A stretch of 63,348 bases of DNA, filler included, from Licmophora abbreviata (taxonomy: Eukaryota), in assembly GCA_900291995.1 (NCBI GenBank). It is 15 parts of 15 records of this genome, joined end to end, with 100 filler letters (N's around TTAATTAATTAA, not from the genome) between each part and the next. Parts side by side here need not be neighbours in the genome. Positions count along the whole stretch, not along the records: positions 34,543 to 44,370 come from OLMU01005301.1; positions 44,471 to 50,191 come from OLMU01005302.1; 13 more parts are not named here. One strand, given 5' to 3'. The notes beneath the pieces were generated by a model. The model was not told where the DNA came from and searched no databases. It saw only the letters and a program-made list of their open reading frames with translations. The translations under genes were made by a program, and so were the position numbers. Positions 35,005 to 46,396 of the stretch are shown here, in pieces; position 1 is the stretch's first letter, and each line of letters starts with the position of its first letter.

Positions 35005-36202
35005 ATGTCCGTCCAGGAACAATCCCTCCAGCCCAGCGACTGGCGCCTCAAACTCTTTGGCCCCGACATTCGACTCAATTCCACCAAGGACGTTGATGAA
35101 GAGTCTCCCATCAGTACCCTCCCAACCGAGGTAGCCCTCAACGACGATGCCTACAGGTACATTGCCGTCTTTATAGGTGCTGACTACTGTCCTCACTGCA
35201 AGGCCTTCGCCCCGACCGTCAACGCCGCCACCGACAAGTTGCAACAAAAGGGATGCAAGGTGGTCTTCGTCAGCAACGACCGCGACGAAGTGGCCTTTGA
35301 TGCAAGCTGCAAGAAGAACTCCGGTATCGATGTCATGCCCTATGATACGTCCCGCACTCGATACATGCGAGATCTCTTTGACCTCAAGACGATTCCAGCC
35401 TTGATGATACTGAGAAACAACAATTTCAAGGAGAATGAGCCGCAGGTGATTTCGAACGCTCGTCACTCGCTGGTCGGCGACCCAGAGCTGGAGAACTTTC
35501 CTTGGGCGGCAGAGTCAGAGAAGACCAAAGGCGACGAGCGTATGTCTGCCATGGATCGTATCATCATTCGCGGCAAGTACGGAAAGTGGTGGGAGCTGGG
35601 CCACCATGTCAACCCTGAGAAGCCTGACGATATTTACATGGACGAGCATGCTGTCAGAATCCGTGCAGGTATTCTCAACGTCATTACCTGGATCGCCTTG
35701 ATGAACGTCTTCTTCTGGAAGGACCAGATCTATGTGAAGGTGAGTGAGCGAGGGAGACAGTTGCTGTTGAATCCGTGTCCCCTGGATCTTGTCGTTGCTT
35801 ACACACTTCTCTATTTCTCTCCCTTCTCAGATCCTCTTTCCCTTGGTCGCCTTCGAGTTCTTGTCGTCGCTGGTCTTCGGTCTTACTCCGATCGCCCCTA
35901 TTGGATTCTTGGGAAGTGTTATCGCGGTAATCCTCCACCCTCAGCCACACTTCAAACCAGCACGCCCAAAGAGATTCGCTTGGTTAATCGGCCTTCTCCT
36001 TGCGACGACATGCTTCATCTTCTTCCTCAACCGCAAGAGTCTCGGCGAGGCCTATAAGCCGCTGGTTGCGACCGTCGTTATGATGTGTAACGTTTTCACA
36101 TGGCTGGAGTCGTCCTGCGGATTCTGCTTTGGCTGCTTTGTATACAACGCGTTCCTGACCAAATGGTTCAACTTGGAAGAATGCAGCGAATGCAAACTTT
36201 AA
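35005..36202 (+). CDS. Nucleoredoxin/tryparedoxin-like thioredoxin domain fused to a DUF4395-like membrane domain; intron 35740-35830
   Basis: FIGADYCPHCKAFAP, VVFVSNDRD, IPALMIL (cis-Pro loop); C-terminal DEHAVRIRAG...PKRFAWLIG...WLESSCGFCFGCFVY (DUF4395 signature). Confidence 0.82.
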
Positions 36203-36293
36203 GTTGTCTCGAAGAAGACAGTAGACCGTACATGTAACACAATCAGAAAAGTTGTGGTGTGACAATGTCTCGTCAACTAGCTTAGGGTGTACC

Positions 36294-38105
36294 TCAGAGC
36301 GACATGCGGCTGTCGTCAATCACAATCTTTCGGCCAGGATCGAGCAAAGGAGTTCGGCGCCTTCGTCCTGTTGATGGAGCTGTTCGAGGCGTGGTTACCG
36401 GTGCAGTGACCTTTGCAGTGGATGGTGGTGATTTCTCAGACGCCGACGAACTAGACGAGCTGGAACTTGAGGAAGAAGAGGAGGAGGAGGACGACGACGA
36501 TGAGGAGGAGGAAGATGTCGACGATGAATCGCCATCCGACTCTGAGTCCGACCCTCCTGATTCATTCTCTTTTCGGCCTGTTCCCTCAGCATCAAGATGG
36601 CTTTCGAAACGTGATTCCTGTGTTACCTCATGGGTGCTGGTAGGAATGGAAGATTTTGATGAGATAGACAGCTCATCGGTCTTCCCACCCTCGGAGATTT
36701 TGGTCGTATCTTTTCTCTCTGCACTCCTCATGGCTTCAATTTCTACCCCCGCGGTCGGTTTACCGTCTTCATTCTCCGGCAGGTTGTTCGGCTCCTGGTT
36801 GACATCAATTTCCGCAGGCGGACTCGATCCATTCTCTTCCTCAGATGAATATTCCGAACTCGATGAACTCGACTCTGAGCTGGACGAGCTGCTCAAAGAA
36901 TCCGAGCTGGATGTCGAAGAGTCATCACCTTCGGCTCCCCCTGCTCTCGTTTCTGGTGGAGCACTAGGTTTCTTTCCTGTCTCAACGGCTGCAGTTGAAT
37001 CTTGAAATGATTCATCCCTGACTCTGTCTTGCTCTGCCATCCCCGGCTGTAAATCGACCTTAAGGTCGTCATTCTCCCCTTGAGCTGGTGATAAAACGAT
37101 AGTCTTAGTTGCTTTTTCAGTGGGAGGAGTTCGCCAGTCGCCCGCATCGATCACGGAAGGTTCACCGGTGTCCACTCGGGGTGACATCGACGCAGTCATC
37201 TCATCTGTTGTTTGTTCACTTTGTAATAAGCCAGTATCCAGGGCTTGGCGATTGTCCCCACCGATGAGCTCCACAACAGGCGATACGTCCTTGGCCCGAC
37301 GGGGCGTCCAGATCCACTGTCTCGCTGCAGCGCCACCCGTGTCGACTCGAGGTCGCTTGTTTGGCCGCCCTGCGTATGCGGCCGGCAGGCTCAAGTTCAA
37401 CACAAGATCTTTTTGTTTTGCGTGTACAGCATGGTCATTGTCGACACGACTCCATACGGCACCCCACTGAATGGCCACTTCGACATGTCGTCCTTTCGCT
37501 GTATCGAGCAGGTTCAAGACGTGATCTCGAATGTGATTCGATGGATTCCAGAGGACAAAGCTGTCCTGATTGTCCAGCGACCGCAGTCCCAGTCGACACT
37601 GAAGTACCTGAGATTCAGCATTCGTCGTTTCGTGATTTCCCTTGTTTGTTATTCTTATCGGACCCTCCTCCGGATGATGCCAAATTACCTCCGTCGTTAG
37701 GTTTCGACCAAAACTGACCTGCCACACAGTAGTAGTGCTTGCGTCTGTAGCAATGTAAGATGACTGTTGCTGCCAATGTCGATACATCGCATGCCACCAA
37801 GATATGGGTCCATTCATCATGACACGTTGTAGCCAGTGACCAATGGAATCCGTTGTCTGGTCCGTGACGACGCAAGCAACGTCTTCCGAAGCAGCAGCAT
37901 CTGCGCACCACGCAGCCGAAACGGTCAAGGAGGCAAAGCGGTGTTGTCGTTGTTGTTGCTGCTCTGAGGGTCGTGCGTATACGATGGGAAAATGATGACG
38001 ATAATGTTCGGGATACCCGCTGTAGGCATAAACATGGTGTCTCGTGTCGGTGTTATTTGTAGGCGCCACCATCCGATCCATGGCTGAACCCCAAAACGAC
38101 GACAT
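36294..38105 (-). CDS. Hypothetical protein with acidic/poly-Ser low-complexity C-terminus and possible NLS
   Basis: 603-aa ORF starting at ATG; PNKRPRV and GRRRR basic clusters. Confidence 0.6.
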   Translation of the reverse strand: MSSFWGSAMDRMVAPTNNTDTRHHVYAYSGYPEHYRHHFPIVYARPSEQQQQRQHRFASLTVSAAWCADAAASEDVACVVTDQTTDSIGHWLQRVMMNGPISWWHAMYRHWQQQSSYIATDASTTTVWQVSFGRNLTTEVIWHHPEEGPIRITNKGNHETTNAESQVLQCRLGLRSLDNQDSFVLWNPSNHIRDHVLNLLDTAKGRHVEVAIQWGAVWSRVDNDHAVHAKQKDLVLNLSLPAAYAGRPNKRPRVDTGGAAARQWIWTPRRAKDVSPVVELIGGDNRQALDTGLLQSEQTTDEMTASMSPRVDTGEPSVIDAGDWRTPPTEKATKTIVLSPAQGENDDLKVDLQPGMAEQDRVRDESFQDSTAAVETGKKPSAPPETRAGGAEGDDSSTSSSDSLSSSSSSESSSSSSEYSSEEENGSSPPAEIDVNQEPNNLPENEDGKPTAGVEIEAMRSAERKDTTKISEGGKTDELSISSKSSIPTSTHEVTQESRFESHLDAEGTGRKENESGGSDSESDGDSSSTSSSSSSSSSSSSSSSSSSSSSSSSASEKSPPSTAKVTAPVTTPRTAPSTGRRRRTPLLDPGRKIVIDDSRMSL

Positions 38106-38394
38106 TGACTTTTCTGAGGAATCGTTCCCTTCTTCTTACTTCCTCTAAGAAGTATCACTCGCTAGCGACGCATCTGAACAGTGCACCTCTGCTCCCAGTG
38201 TGTCAAAAGAGAGAGAGAGAGCTGTAACAAGAAGGCGACCATCGTTGTTGCGGCTGTTTATTTCAAACTTGTGGATCGATGAGTGGCTGCACTGTCCACA
38301 CAGAAAATCCACAGTCCAAGGGCAGACGCGAATGAAGTTTAGCAGACTATTTGAATTTTAATCCATTCGTTTCCTTCAACACCAAACACAACAA

Positions 38395-38465
38395 GCACCC
38401 TTGGTGTAGTGGTATCATGAGTCGTTGCCATCGACTCGACGTGGGTTCGATTCCCGCAGGGTGCA
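38395..38465 (+). tRNA. trnG-GCC: tRNA-Gly (anticodon GCC)
   Basis: Acceptor stem GCACCCT/AGGGTGC+A, D arm TGGTGTAGTGGTATCA, anticodon arm AGTCG-TTGCCAT-CGACT, T arm GTGGG-TTCGATT-CCCGC; followed by a T-run Pol III terminator. Confidence 0.96.
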
Positions 38466-38863
38466 CTTTCTTTTTACAAACCAAGCTGTTCCTCATTGAG
38501 CTCACCGTAACGATGTGGTGAGAAGGGCGCTATCGTGTACCTGAACCTCTTTTGTCAGAGGTGATGATTGACTTGGCAGTACAACTTGAAACTCCGGAAG
38601 CATCGACATCACTGTAGGTCCTAGTTTCTAGTTTGTCACAACCCGAAATCCGAAATCGTCATCAATCCACTGCGAGCTCTGAGCTCCGAGAAGTCAGGAC
38701 CTCACCCGGCGCGCACTTTTTGGTACAATTTTTCGCTCATTCGTCGCCGATTTGATTGATTCATTCATTTCATGCGTTGATGCCAGCCACTGCTCTTCAT
38801 TGATTGTCCAGTCTTGGGCGTGTGAATGCAGCAAGAGAGCATCAACTTGGCAGTTCGCTCACA

Positions 38864-40225
38864 ATGGAATTTCTCACTACCCTGTGTGGCTTTGGCAAAG
38901 GAAAACCAGAGGAATTAAGAGGGTCGGCCAATGAGGATGCTCTGCCCCAAAATGTCTATCCGAACTTGTACGAGGAAGCAGACGAAATGGTACAGAATGC
39001 ATTACTCATCTACACTGTCACCGACTTGAGAACATTAGCCAAGCAGAAGAAACTGAGGACTCCTGAGAAAGTCTTGAACTTGCCGCTCACCCTCGATTCT
39101 GCACTAGGCATGATTGGAGATAATTTCGAACTGATTCAGAAAGAACTCGGTGACAGCGACCACGAAATGGCCCTGAGCGCCCTGCAATCTATTCAGGAGC
39201 GATACGAGAAACATACTGGCTCGATGCGTTGGGTGAATCCCTGGGCAGGGCAAAGTATTAAACCGGCTTATATCACCAAGTACGGAGACGACAATCCAGA
39301 GAAGGAGCTCGTTTACGCAGTGGGCGTTGACCCGGTACGCAAGAGGGTGACAGTTGCTTTTCGAGGCAGCGTTACTCCCTCGGACTTTGTTTGTGATGCG
39401 TGTATAACCTTTAGCAAGCGAGAAAATCCCTTGAAAAAGGCGGAAGGACAGGAGGACCAGGTTGGTATCCATCATGGGTTCGATTCGTACCTTCTCAAGA
39501 GACGCAAGGTGCTAGGCGAGTCCAAATATGACGAAATTTTGGAGCATGTCAAGGAACTGTTTCAAGACAAGGAACGGCATGAGACTTACAAGCTGTACTG
39601 CACTGGACATAGTCTCGGCGGCGCCTTGGCGACACTGTTCTCTTTGGAAGTCGCGGCTCTCTTGGATCAAGGAGATTCCTCCATCCCCACTCCCGTCACT
39701 TGCGTCAGCGTCGCATCGCCCCGCGTTGGAGACATTTCCTTCCAAAAGGCCTCTCGATACCTGGAACAGAAAGGAGCGCTGCGTCATCTTCGTATCGCTA
39801 ATGCTGGTGATCCTGTGACAATCATGCCGAAATCATCTTCGAAGAAACTACTTGCCATGCTGAGTCCCATCTCATACATGACTTTCAAACTGCAGGACCA
39901 AGACTTTGCCGAGCGCGAGACGTACCGGCACACTGGTATCAAGCTCACGTTGAATCGAGAGAGAAAGGGCAGTCCTCTGTACGAGCTGACATACTCTGGA
40001 CTCACTTCTGCCCAGGAGGAGTTGGAAAAAGAGGACGAGGACGACGGGGAGACGGGCGCGAAATCAAATAAGAAAAATAGATGGAGCCCTTTCGCTTCCG
40101 TACATGACGTCCCCAATGTGTCTTTCCACTTTGGAACTGAATACTCGCACCGTTTGACGAAGGTCAAAGAGGAACTGAGTGCAAAGACATTAAACGAACT
40201 GTATGCAGTCATGGCAAAAAGGTAG
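38864..40225 (+). CDS. Lipase class 3 family protein
   Basis: VTVAFRGS, IHHGF, CTGHSLGGALA (GxSxG), ASPRVG, NAGDPV. Confidence 0.92.
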   Translation: MEFLTTLCGFGKGKPEELRGSANEDALPQNVYPNLYEEADEMVQNALLIYTVTDLRTLAKQKKLRTPEKVLNLPLTLDSALGMIGDNFELIQKELGDSDHEMALSALQSIQERYEKHTGSMRWVNPWAGQSIKPAYITKYGDDNPEKELVYAVGVDPVRKRVTVAFRGSVTPSDFVCDACITFSKRENPLKKAEGQEDQVGIHHGFDSYLLKRRKVLGESKYDEILEHVKELFQDKERHETYKLYCTGHSLGGALATLFSLEVAALLDQGDSSIPTPVTCVSVASPRVGDISFQKASRYLEQKGALRHLRIANAGDPVTIMPKSSSKKLLAMLSPISYMTFKLQDQDFAERETYRHTGIKLTLNRERKGSPLYELTYSGLTSAQEELEKEDEDDGETGAKSNKKNRWSPFASVHDVPNVSFHFGTEYSHRLTKVKEELSAKTLNELYAVMAKR

Positions 40226-40556
40226 TTACATGCCGATGTAAGGTGCTATAGCCAGGATTCAACCGTACCTTTGTTACCAAACATAAAAATTGTGAACACG
40301 CGACGACGACACAGAGATTTTCAACTGGCAGATTAGATTCTGACGGCGGTCAGACAGGCCCAAGACGCAGGGCTTTACTTATGACCAACAGGCCCAAACA
40401 GAGTCATCAAAAGTCATTCATCAAGAAGCGCAACTTGCTCACTTTTTGTGCTTGTTGAAGCACGAAGCAAGTCTATTGACTGTTGACCCATAGTAACCAG
40501 GACGTGGGCAAAAAAGCCGGTCAAGTGAGAAAGACCAAGAACGCTCTCGGTTTCCC

Positions 40557-42551
40557 ATGAGGTCGGCTAAGATTGTAGTCCGAATGGACTCGTTGACGAC
40601 CTCGTCATCACCAAACTCTTCACCGATACCGCATCATTCGTCGCGAGCACGATGGTGTTCATGGCCCAACATGCCGACTCCCCGAGAAGGTTGTTCCGCA
40701 GTCGCTGTGGGCTCTGACATATATGTACTGGGAGGCTACCATGCTTCACTAAAGTTTCTGAGTCAGTGTAGCAAGCTCAACACTGACACACACGAGTGGT
40801 CTGTCGTACCTTCGATGCGCCAGCCACGCATGGGAAGTGCCGCTGTATATTCAAAGGAGAGGAACAAGATCTATGTCGCCGGAGGCTTCAGCAAGGGTAA
40901 ATCATACCTGAATACAGTGGAAGTCCTTGATCTCAGCACCATGGAATGGTCGTCTCTTCCGCCCATGACCGAGCGTCGGGCGGGATGTGCCGCGGTCCTT
41001 GTGCCAAAAGGCATCGTCGTGATGGGTGGCTGGCAAGACAGTGAGAACGCTACTGCCAGTGTCGAGCTCTTCAATCTCAGTTCAGACAGCTGGTGCAGGT
41101 TGTCATCCATGAGTATGGGACGAGCTGGAAGTTCCGCCGTCTCCATCACAGGATACGGCTCGTCCATCAAAATTATGGTCATGGGCGGATACTGCACGTC
41201 TTCGAAGTATAAAGGCAGTCGATCGGCAGTCGAAGTCTTCGACATGTCATCCAAGAAGTGGACAAAGTGGCCATCAATGAAGGAGAAACGAGATAGCGCG
41301 GCATCATGCGTCGTAGGCCAGTGTGTGTTTGTCCTGGGTGGAGGCGAGACATCCAGCACTCCGTCGAGCTCAGCAGAGGTGTTCTCGTTAGAGACACGCC
41401 AATGGAAGTCAATCACACCAATGAAGTCGAAACGCTTTGGCAGTGCGGCTGTCACAATTGGCAATCGTATCGTTGTGCTTGGAGGACGCAGCGCGGATGG
41501 AATGCACATGGAGACTGTCGAATCGCTTGAGGTGCCGCTCCTAGAGTCGATCGAAGAAGAGCCAGTCCTTCCTTTGAGCGAGTTCCTTGTCGAGAAGCAC
41601 TTGCCCTCCTGTATCAATAAGGATATGAACCATTCATCTGGTTCAATGCTTGATGCGGTCTCAAGTATGATGGAGGCTGATCAAAAGAGAGCACAGGCCG
41701 TCTACGAACGCATGAAGAAGCAGGCAAAGGAACAGTACGAAAGAACGGTCAATGAGACAGATGCTCGACTGCAAGCTCTTGACGCCGAACGAAAACGTCT
41801 GATCGATCAGAAAGCGGAAGCAAGGAAACAAAGAGAGCACGAGCTTGCCCACGCTGAACTAGAGAAGCAGGGAGCCATGGCGCAAATTGAGAAAAATTTC
41901 GGACCATTGTTGAAACAAGCTCAGAATTCACCCTCGGATACGGTTGGTACCCAATCTTTCCAAGATACATCCTCTTCTCTTTCAGCTGGACAGTCCGAAA
42001 TGACGGAAAGTCATCAGTCATCGACACCTGTCGACGAGGAGCCTCCTGGAGAGTTATGCTGTTGTATTACAGGATGTCTGATGGAAGATCCAGTTACAGC
42101 AATGGACGGACATACGTACGAGAAGAGCGCAATCTTGAAATGGTACCAACAGTTCCCAACGAACGAGCCTCCAACGTCCCCCATGACCAACGAAAGACTG
42201 CCGTCCCGCCGCCTGATCCCTTCGCACAATATCCGATCTCAGTGCCAGACCTGGCTGCAGAGAGTAGGCGAGGATTCTCTTCTCGCCCCGTCTTTTCAAA
42301 ATCGGCGACTGTCTATCAATTCAACAGGCGAACAAAACGAGGGCAGGAGATGGAAGCGCGTAGGTGGCGAGAGACGAACGCGAAGCTCGTCCCTCTCGAG
42401 AACGTCAGCGCATTCAGCGAGATCAACACGGTCGGCATCCATGGCCGGGGCGATACCCACTCACTCGATGCGCGGCTCCCGAGTAAGAACATTCTCGGAC
42501 GCATCCAGCCATACCGCTGGATGGCCATGTGCACCCGGCTCACCAAAGTAG
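40557..42551 (+). CDS. Kelch-repeat + coiled-coil + U-box protein (putative E3 ubiquitin ligase)
   Basis: Six Kelch repeats (R...IYVLGG...W) and a U-box PGELCCCITGCLMEDPVTAMDGHTYEKSAILKW...SPMTNE...LIPS. Confidence 0.9.
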   Translation: MRSAKIVVRMDSLTTSSSPNSSPIPHHSSRARWCSWPNMPTPREGCSAVAVGSDIYVLGGYHASLKFLSQCSKLNTDTHEWSVVPSMRQPRMGSAAVYSKERNKIYVAGGFSKGKSYLNTVEVLDLSTMEWSSLPPMTERRAGCAAVLVPKGIVVMGGWQDSENATASVELFNLSSDSWCRLSSMSMGRAGSSAVSITGYGSSIKIMVMGGYCTSSKYKGSRSAVEVFDMSSKKWTKWPSMKEKRDSAASCVVGQCVFVLGGGETSSTPSSSAEVFSLETRQWKSITPMKSKRFGSAAVTIGNRIVVLGGRSADGMHMETVESLEVPLLESIEEEPVLPLSEFLVEKHLPSCINKDMNHSSGSMLDAVSSMMEADQKRAQAVYERMKKQAKEQYERTVNETDARLQALDAERKRLIDQKAEARKQREHELAHAELEKQGAMAQIEKNFGPLLKQAQNSPSDTVGTQSFQDTSSSLSAGQSEMTESHQSSTPVDEEPPGELCCCITGCLMEDPVTAMDGHTYEKSAILKWYQQFPTNEPPTSPMTNERLPSRRLIPSHNIRSQCQTWLQRVGEDSLLAPSFQNRRLSINSTGEQNEGRRWKRVGGERRTRSSSLSRTSAHSARSTRSASMAGAIPTHSMRGSRVRTFSDASSHTAGWPCAPGSPK

Positions 42552-42642
42552 GACCATGAGGACACGACGGCAATCCATCATGTAAAGTATAGTCAAGTGA
42601 TTTATAACTTACTTGTATTCTTACGCTCGATCTACCGATCTA

Positions 42643-45600
42643 CTAGCTTTCATTCCGCACCACCAGTGACTCGGCAGACTGTTCTGTCAAACTTGAATCA
42701 TCGCCTTCCAGCTCGATTTCGAAGAGCTTCTGTTTGGCTTTGTGCAACCGATCGCTGACCGCGTCATCATTTCCAACGGACAGAGACGCCACCTGAGCGG
42801 CCAGGTGGGGTGGCTCTGGTATCCGGATCGTGTCTCGTTCTCCTTTCTCCAATTTGTCGGCAGTGAGCCGCAGCAACTGATTGGCCAATCGGTTTCCTGT
42901 AAGAACAACTCCGCTCCTGCGATTCCATACTTTTCGAACCAGTATGGATGAAAGCTGAACCAACTCCTCGCGCGACAGGTTGGTAAGGTCGGCGAATATA
43001 GGGTGGTTTGTATCTTGCAGCTGCTGTTGCATCAAGGAAACCAGCTTTTGTGTTGTGTCTACCGTCTTTTCATCTAAATCATTCATTCGAACAAGCGGGC
43101 TAGTCCGCCAAAATCCCAGCGGGTCTACAAGGGTGCCCAGCACAGTTCTCCCCGAAGGCAGAGTACCCGATCTCTCTCGCAGCTGCGTCCACACGGAGCG
43201 ACTGCTAGCCGTAATAATCTTGGCAAGCTGCTCCAGAAAGATTTCCTGTAGTGGCGTTTCTTCCTCGGTAAAGATCAAATCAAGCAACTGGTCGGCGGCC
43301 TGCTCCAGCGTCTGCGTCCTTGTAATGTTTTCGCGTCCTAACAGCGCCCCGGATGCAGACGTAGTGTAGTTTCCAAAGCCCGTCACAAGTTGCTCCACAC
43401 GGTCGTAATCGACGATGCGCGTATCGACATTCGTCTTCTCGGGTCCAAAGATAAACGTCGAGAGCGCTCCGCCGGTTCGTTCCGACTGATCTGTCAACAG
43501 TCGCTTAGATACGTATGGGAGACACTCATTGATAATAGAATAGTTTGGATCATTTGTTAGACCAATACCTTCCAATACACTGAAGCTCTTGGCAATGTAA
43601 GCAAAGTAGGGAGGAATCTACGTAGGGGGCGATAGAAAGAGACAAGAGTGGATGAGAAAATCGAGGCAACCTAGCAAAACAACCTAATTGTATTCTGTAG
43701 TACATGTGTCAACAACTCACCTGAAACAAGTTTCCACGCGTGGCCGTCAGATCTTGCAGCTGCGAAACGACCTTGTTGACATTGATAGTGGCGGCGCCTC
43801 CACCCTTTGTCCATGCTCCATAAATGTCAGCCAGCACCTCCACCACACCACTATCTTTGATCAAACTGGCCTTATCGTTGGGAATAAAGCCCAATCGCAA
43901 CAGATCCTTCGGAATCTCTTCGTAGTCGGCGCTCGTCAAGTGCGCCATATGTTCAATCAGTGTCACCTGCAAGTCTTTGTCCAAGCGAGTCACCATACCC
44001 CAATCCAATATACAAAGCCGTCCATCTTGAACTCGGAATAGGTTTCCCGGGTGAGGATCACAGTGCAGCAAACCCGTTTCCAGCATCATGGTCAAGTACG
44101 TATTCATGGCAATGCTACACAGTACAGTCACATCTTCCGATGAACTCTTGTCCAGCCGCTCTCCATCAACCCACTGGGTCGTCAAGACCCTTGCCGTGGA
44201 ATATTTTTCCACGACGGGCGGAGAAAACACAACATCACTCAAGGGCGTCGTTTGAATACTCTCCATGAACGTTTGGGCGTTCCTCGCTTCCTGTAAATAA
44301 TCCAGTTCATCCACAAACCCTTTGCCCCACGCATCGACCGTCCCAACGAGATCGGTATTGAGATTGAAGGNNNNNNNNNNNNNNNNNNNNNNNNNNNNNN
44401 NNNNNNNNNNNNNNTTAATTAATTAANNNNNNNNNNNNNNNNNNNNNNNNNNNNNNNNNNNNNNNNNNNNCTTGGCGATCGGCGCAACTTCGCGGAGCAA
44501 GTGCATATCCAAGGCAATCTGACTCATAATGTTGGGCCTCTGCACCTTGACGGCCACCACCTGACCATCCGTCAAGGTTGCCTTGTAGACTTGTCCCAAA
44601 CTCGCAGAAGCAACCGGCTCGGGTGAAATTTCCGAAACCACCTGATAAATATCCGCCACTCCCCACTCTTCCTGTAGCATTCGGAATGCCGTCGCGCTGT
44701 CAAAGGGCGACACTTGGTCTTGCAACGACTGTAGGCCACGGACATAGGATGGACTCAACAAGTCGGTCCGAATACTGAGGGACTGTCCAATTTTGATAAA
44801 GGACGGTCCCAATTTGGTCAAGAGCGAGGAAAGTTCCAAGGCACGCTGGTCGGCATTCTCGTCCAACTTGTTGCTGTTGGTAACAATAGAAAAGGACAAC
44901 GAAGGGGGACAAGCGCAACACAGAGAGGTGAGATAGTTGTTGTTGTAGCCTGAAACCTTTACAAGGATGAAGCTACTCAAGCACTACTAGTACACAATAC
45001 AAGTCGACTCACCTGATCATGTCTTGCAGCAACGACAGTCCAAATTGCAAGGACATGGTCGTTACTTGAATGCCTCGTCGGAGTACAGCACCAACCTGAC
45101 GATCATAGTAGCGACGTGCCGACATGGGATCGTAGGATAGCATCGGGTATGGTTGAGTGGGAGGCGGAGCTTGTCCAAAGTTGAGAATAGACGAAAGGAC
45201 CGAGTAGGAGACAATGGCTGAAACACCTACGAGTAGAGCAGGATTCATGGTGGCAGTATCAGCAGCGAAAGAAACCACGTCATTCAAAACAGTGTGGAGC
45301 GAATCGTAGTAGGGCTCCAGCACGGGATTGTTGCTGACAAGCTCTTGAAGCGCTGCATTGGATTGCGTCATGAGCTGCTCGACTTTCTCAGTAGCAGGAG
45401 CAAGAAGGTCGTTCAGTTGTTGCTGTTGTCCTCCTACAGTGAGAAGGGGCTCCAAGAGTGATGACTTGAGATTCGGCAGGAGGTCCTCGATGGACGCCTT
45501 TAGGGAAGCAGCAGCATCCGGGAGTAGATTCACTAGAAGTGGGTCAACAGCGTCAGTACCCGCACTACTACTGCCTACAGCATCGGTTTTCTGTGGCAGA

Positions 45601-45941
45601 CCCGAGAGCAAGCGATCCATAAAGTCCTGCACAGCTTCAGGATCAGGAACAAGCAGTCCATTGGTGCCGTCGCTTGCAGCAGCAGCTAGTGCACTAGTGG
45701 ACCTAGCAGTAGACCTGGGAACAAAAGCAGTCGGTGTTTTACTTCCTTTTGCAGTCAGCGATGTCGTTGCGGATGGTACAAAGGCCTGACTCGTACCCGA
45801 CAACAACAGAAAGCTGCACAAAATAAGCAACATCATCCACTGTGCTGTCGTCGCTGTTTGTCTGAGTGGTTTCCGTCGTCGTCGACGTGATGGTGAAGAG
45901 CTCCTCTTGCTCATCGCCAGCGTATCGTTATTTGTACTCAT
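42643..45941 (-). CDS. ABC1/UbiB atypical kinase (ABC1K), plastid-type presequence; several introns; spans gap 44371-44470
   Basis: SQA-FVP; LGPSFIKIGQSLSIRTDLL, PVASASLGQVYKA, VAVKVQRP, ELDYLQEA, LLHCDPHPGN, ILDWGM. Confidence 0.9.
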
Positions 45942-46156
45942 TCTGAGTGGACTCTGAAGGATGCCAAGGCGTGCTTGTTGTAACCAAAACATTGCTGATG
46001 CAACAACACAGAAAAAAAAGGTTTCGACTCAGCGCGCGCGCGCTCGCACTTTCTTCTTCGACCACGTACTTGTGAGCGAGCTCTGTGGGTGTGGATGAGT
46101 GCGAAAGAGCGCAATGCGGCGTTGAGAAGTTTGCAAGTTTGCAACTTTGTCATTGG

Positions 46157-46253
46157 GAGTCGAGTCAGTCGAGTGAGTCCATGGAGTGAGACGAGTAAGA
46201 GTCGAGTCGAGTGAGTCAATTATGGAGTCGAATGAGTCAAGGCTAGAGTCGAA
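46157..46253. repeat. Cluster of GAGTC/TGAGTCA motifs in the divergent ABC1K / amino-acid transporter intergenic region
   Basis: Repeated gagtc units including two perfect TGAGTCA (about 46212 and 46233). Confidence 0.55.
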
Positions 46254-46396
46254 ATGTTGAATGAATGTTTGACGCATGATCGTATGATACTTGTTTCAGT
46301 TTCGAGTTGCTGCCGTCGTCTCCACAAGTTCTTTTTGTAGTAAAACCAATCAGGATGAAGAGAAACGGTAGTACATGTAGTAGGAGGAGAGGAGTC

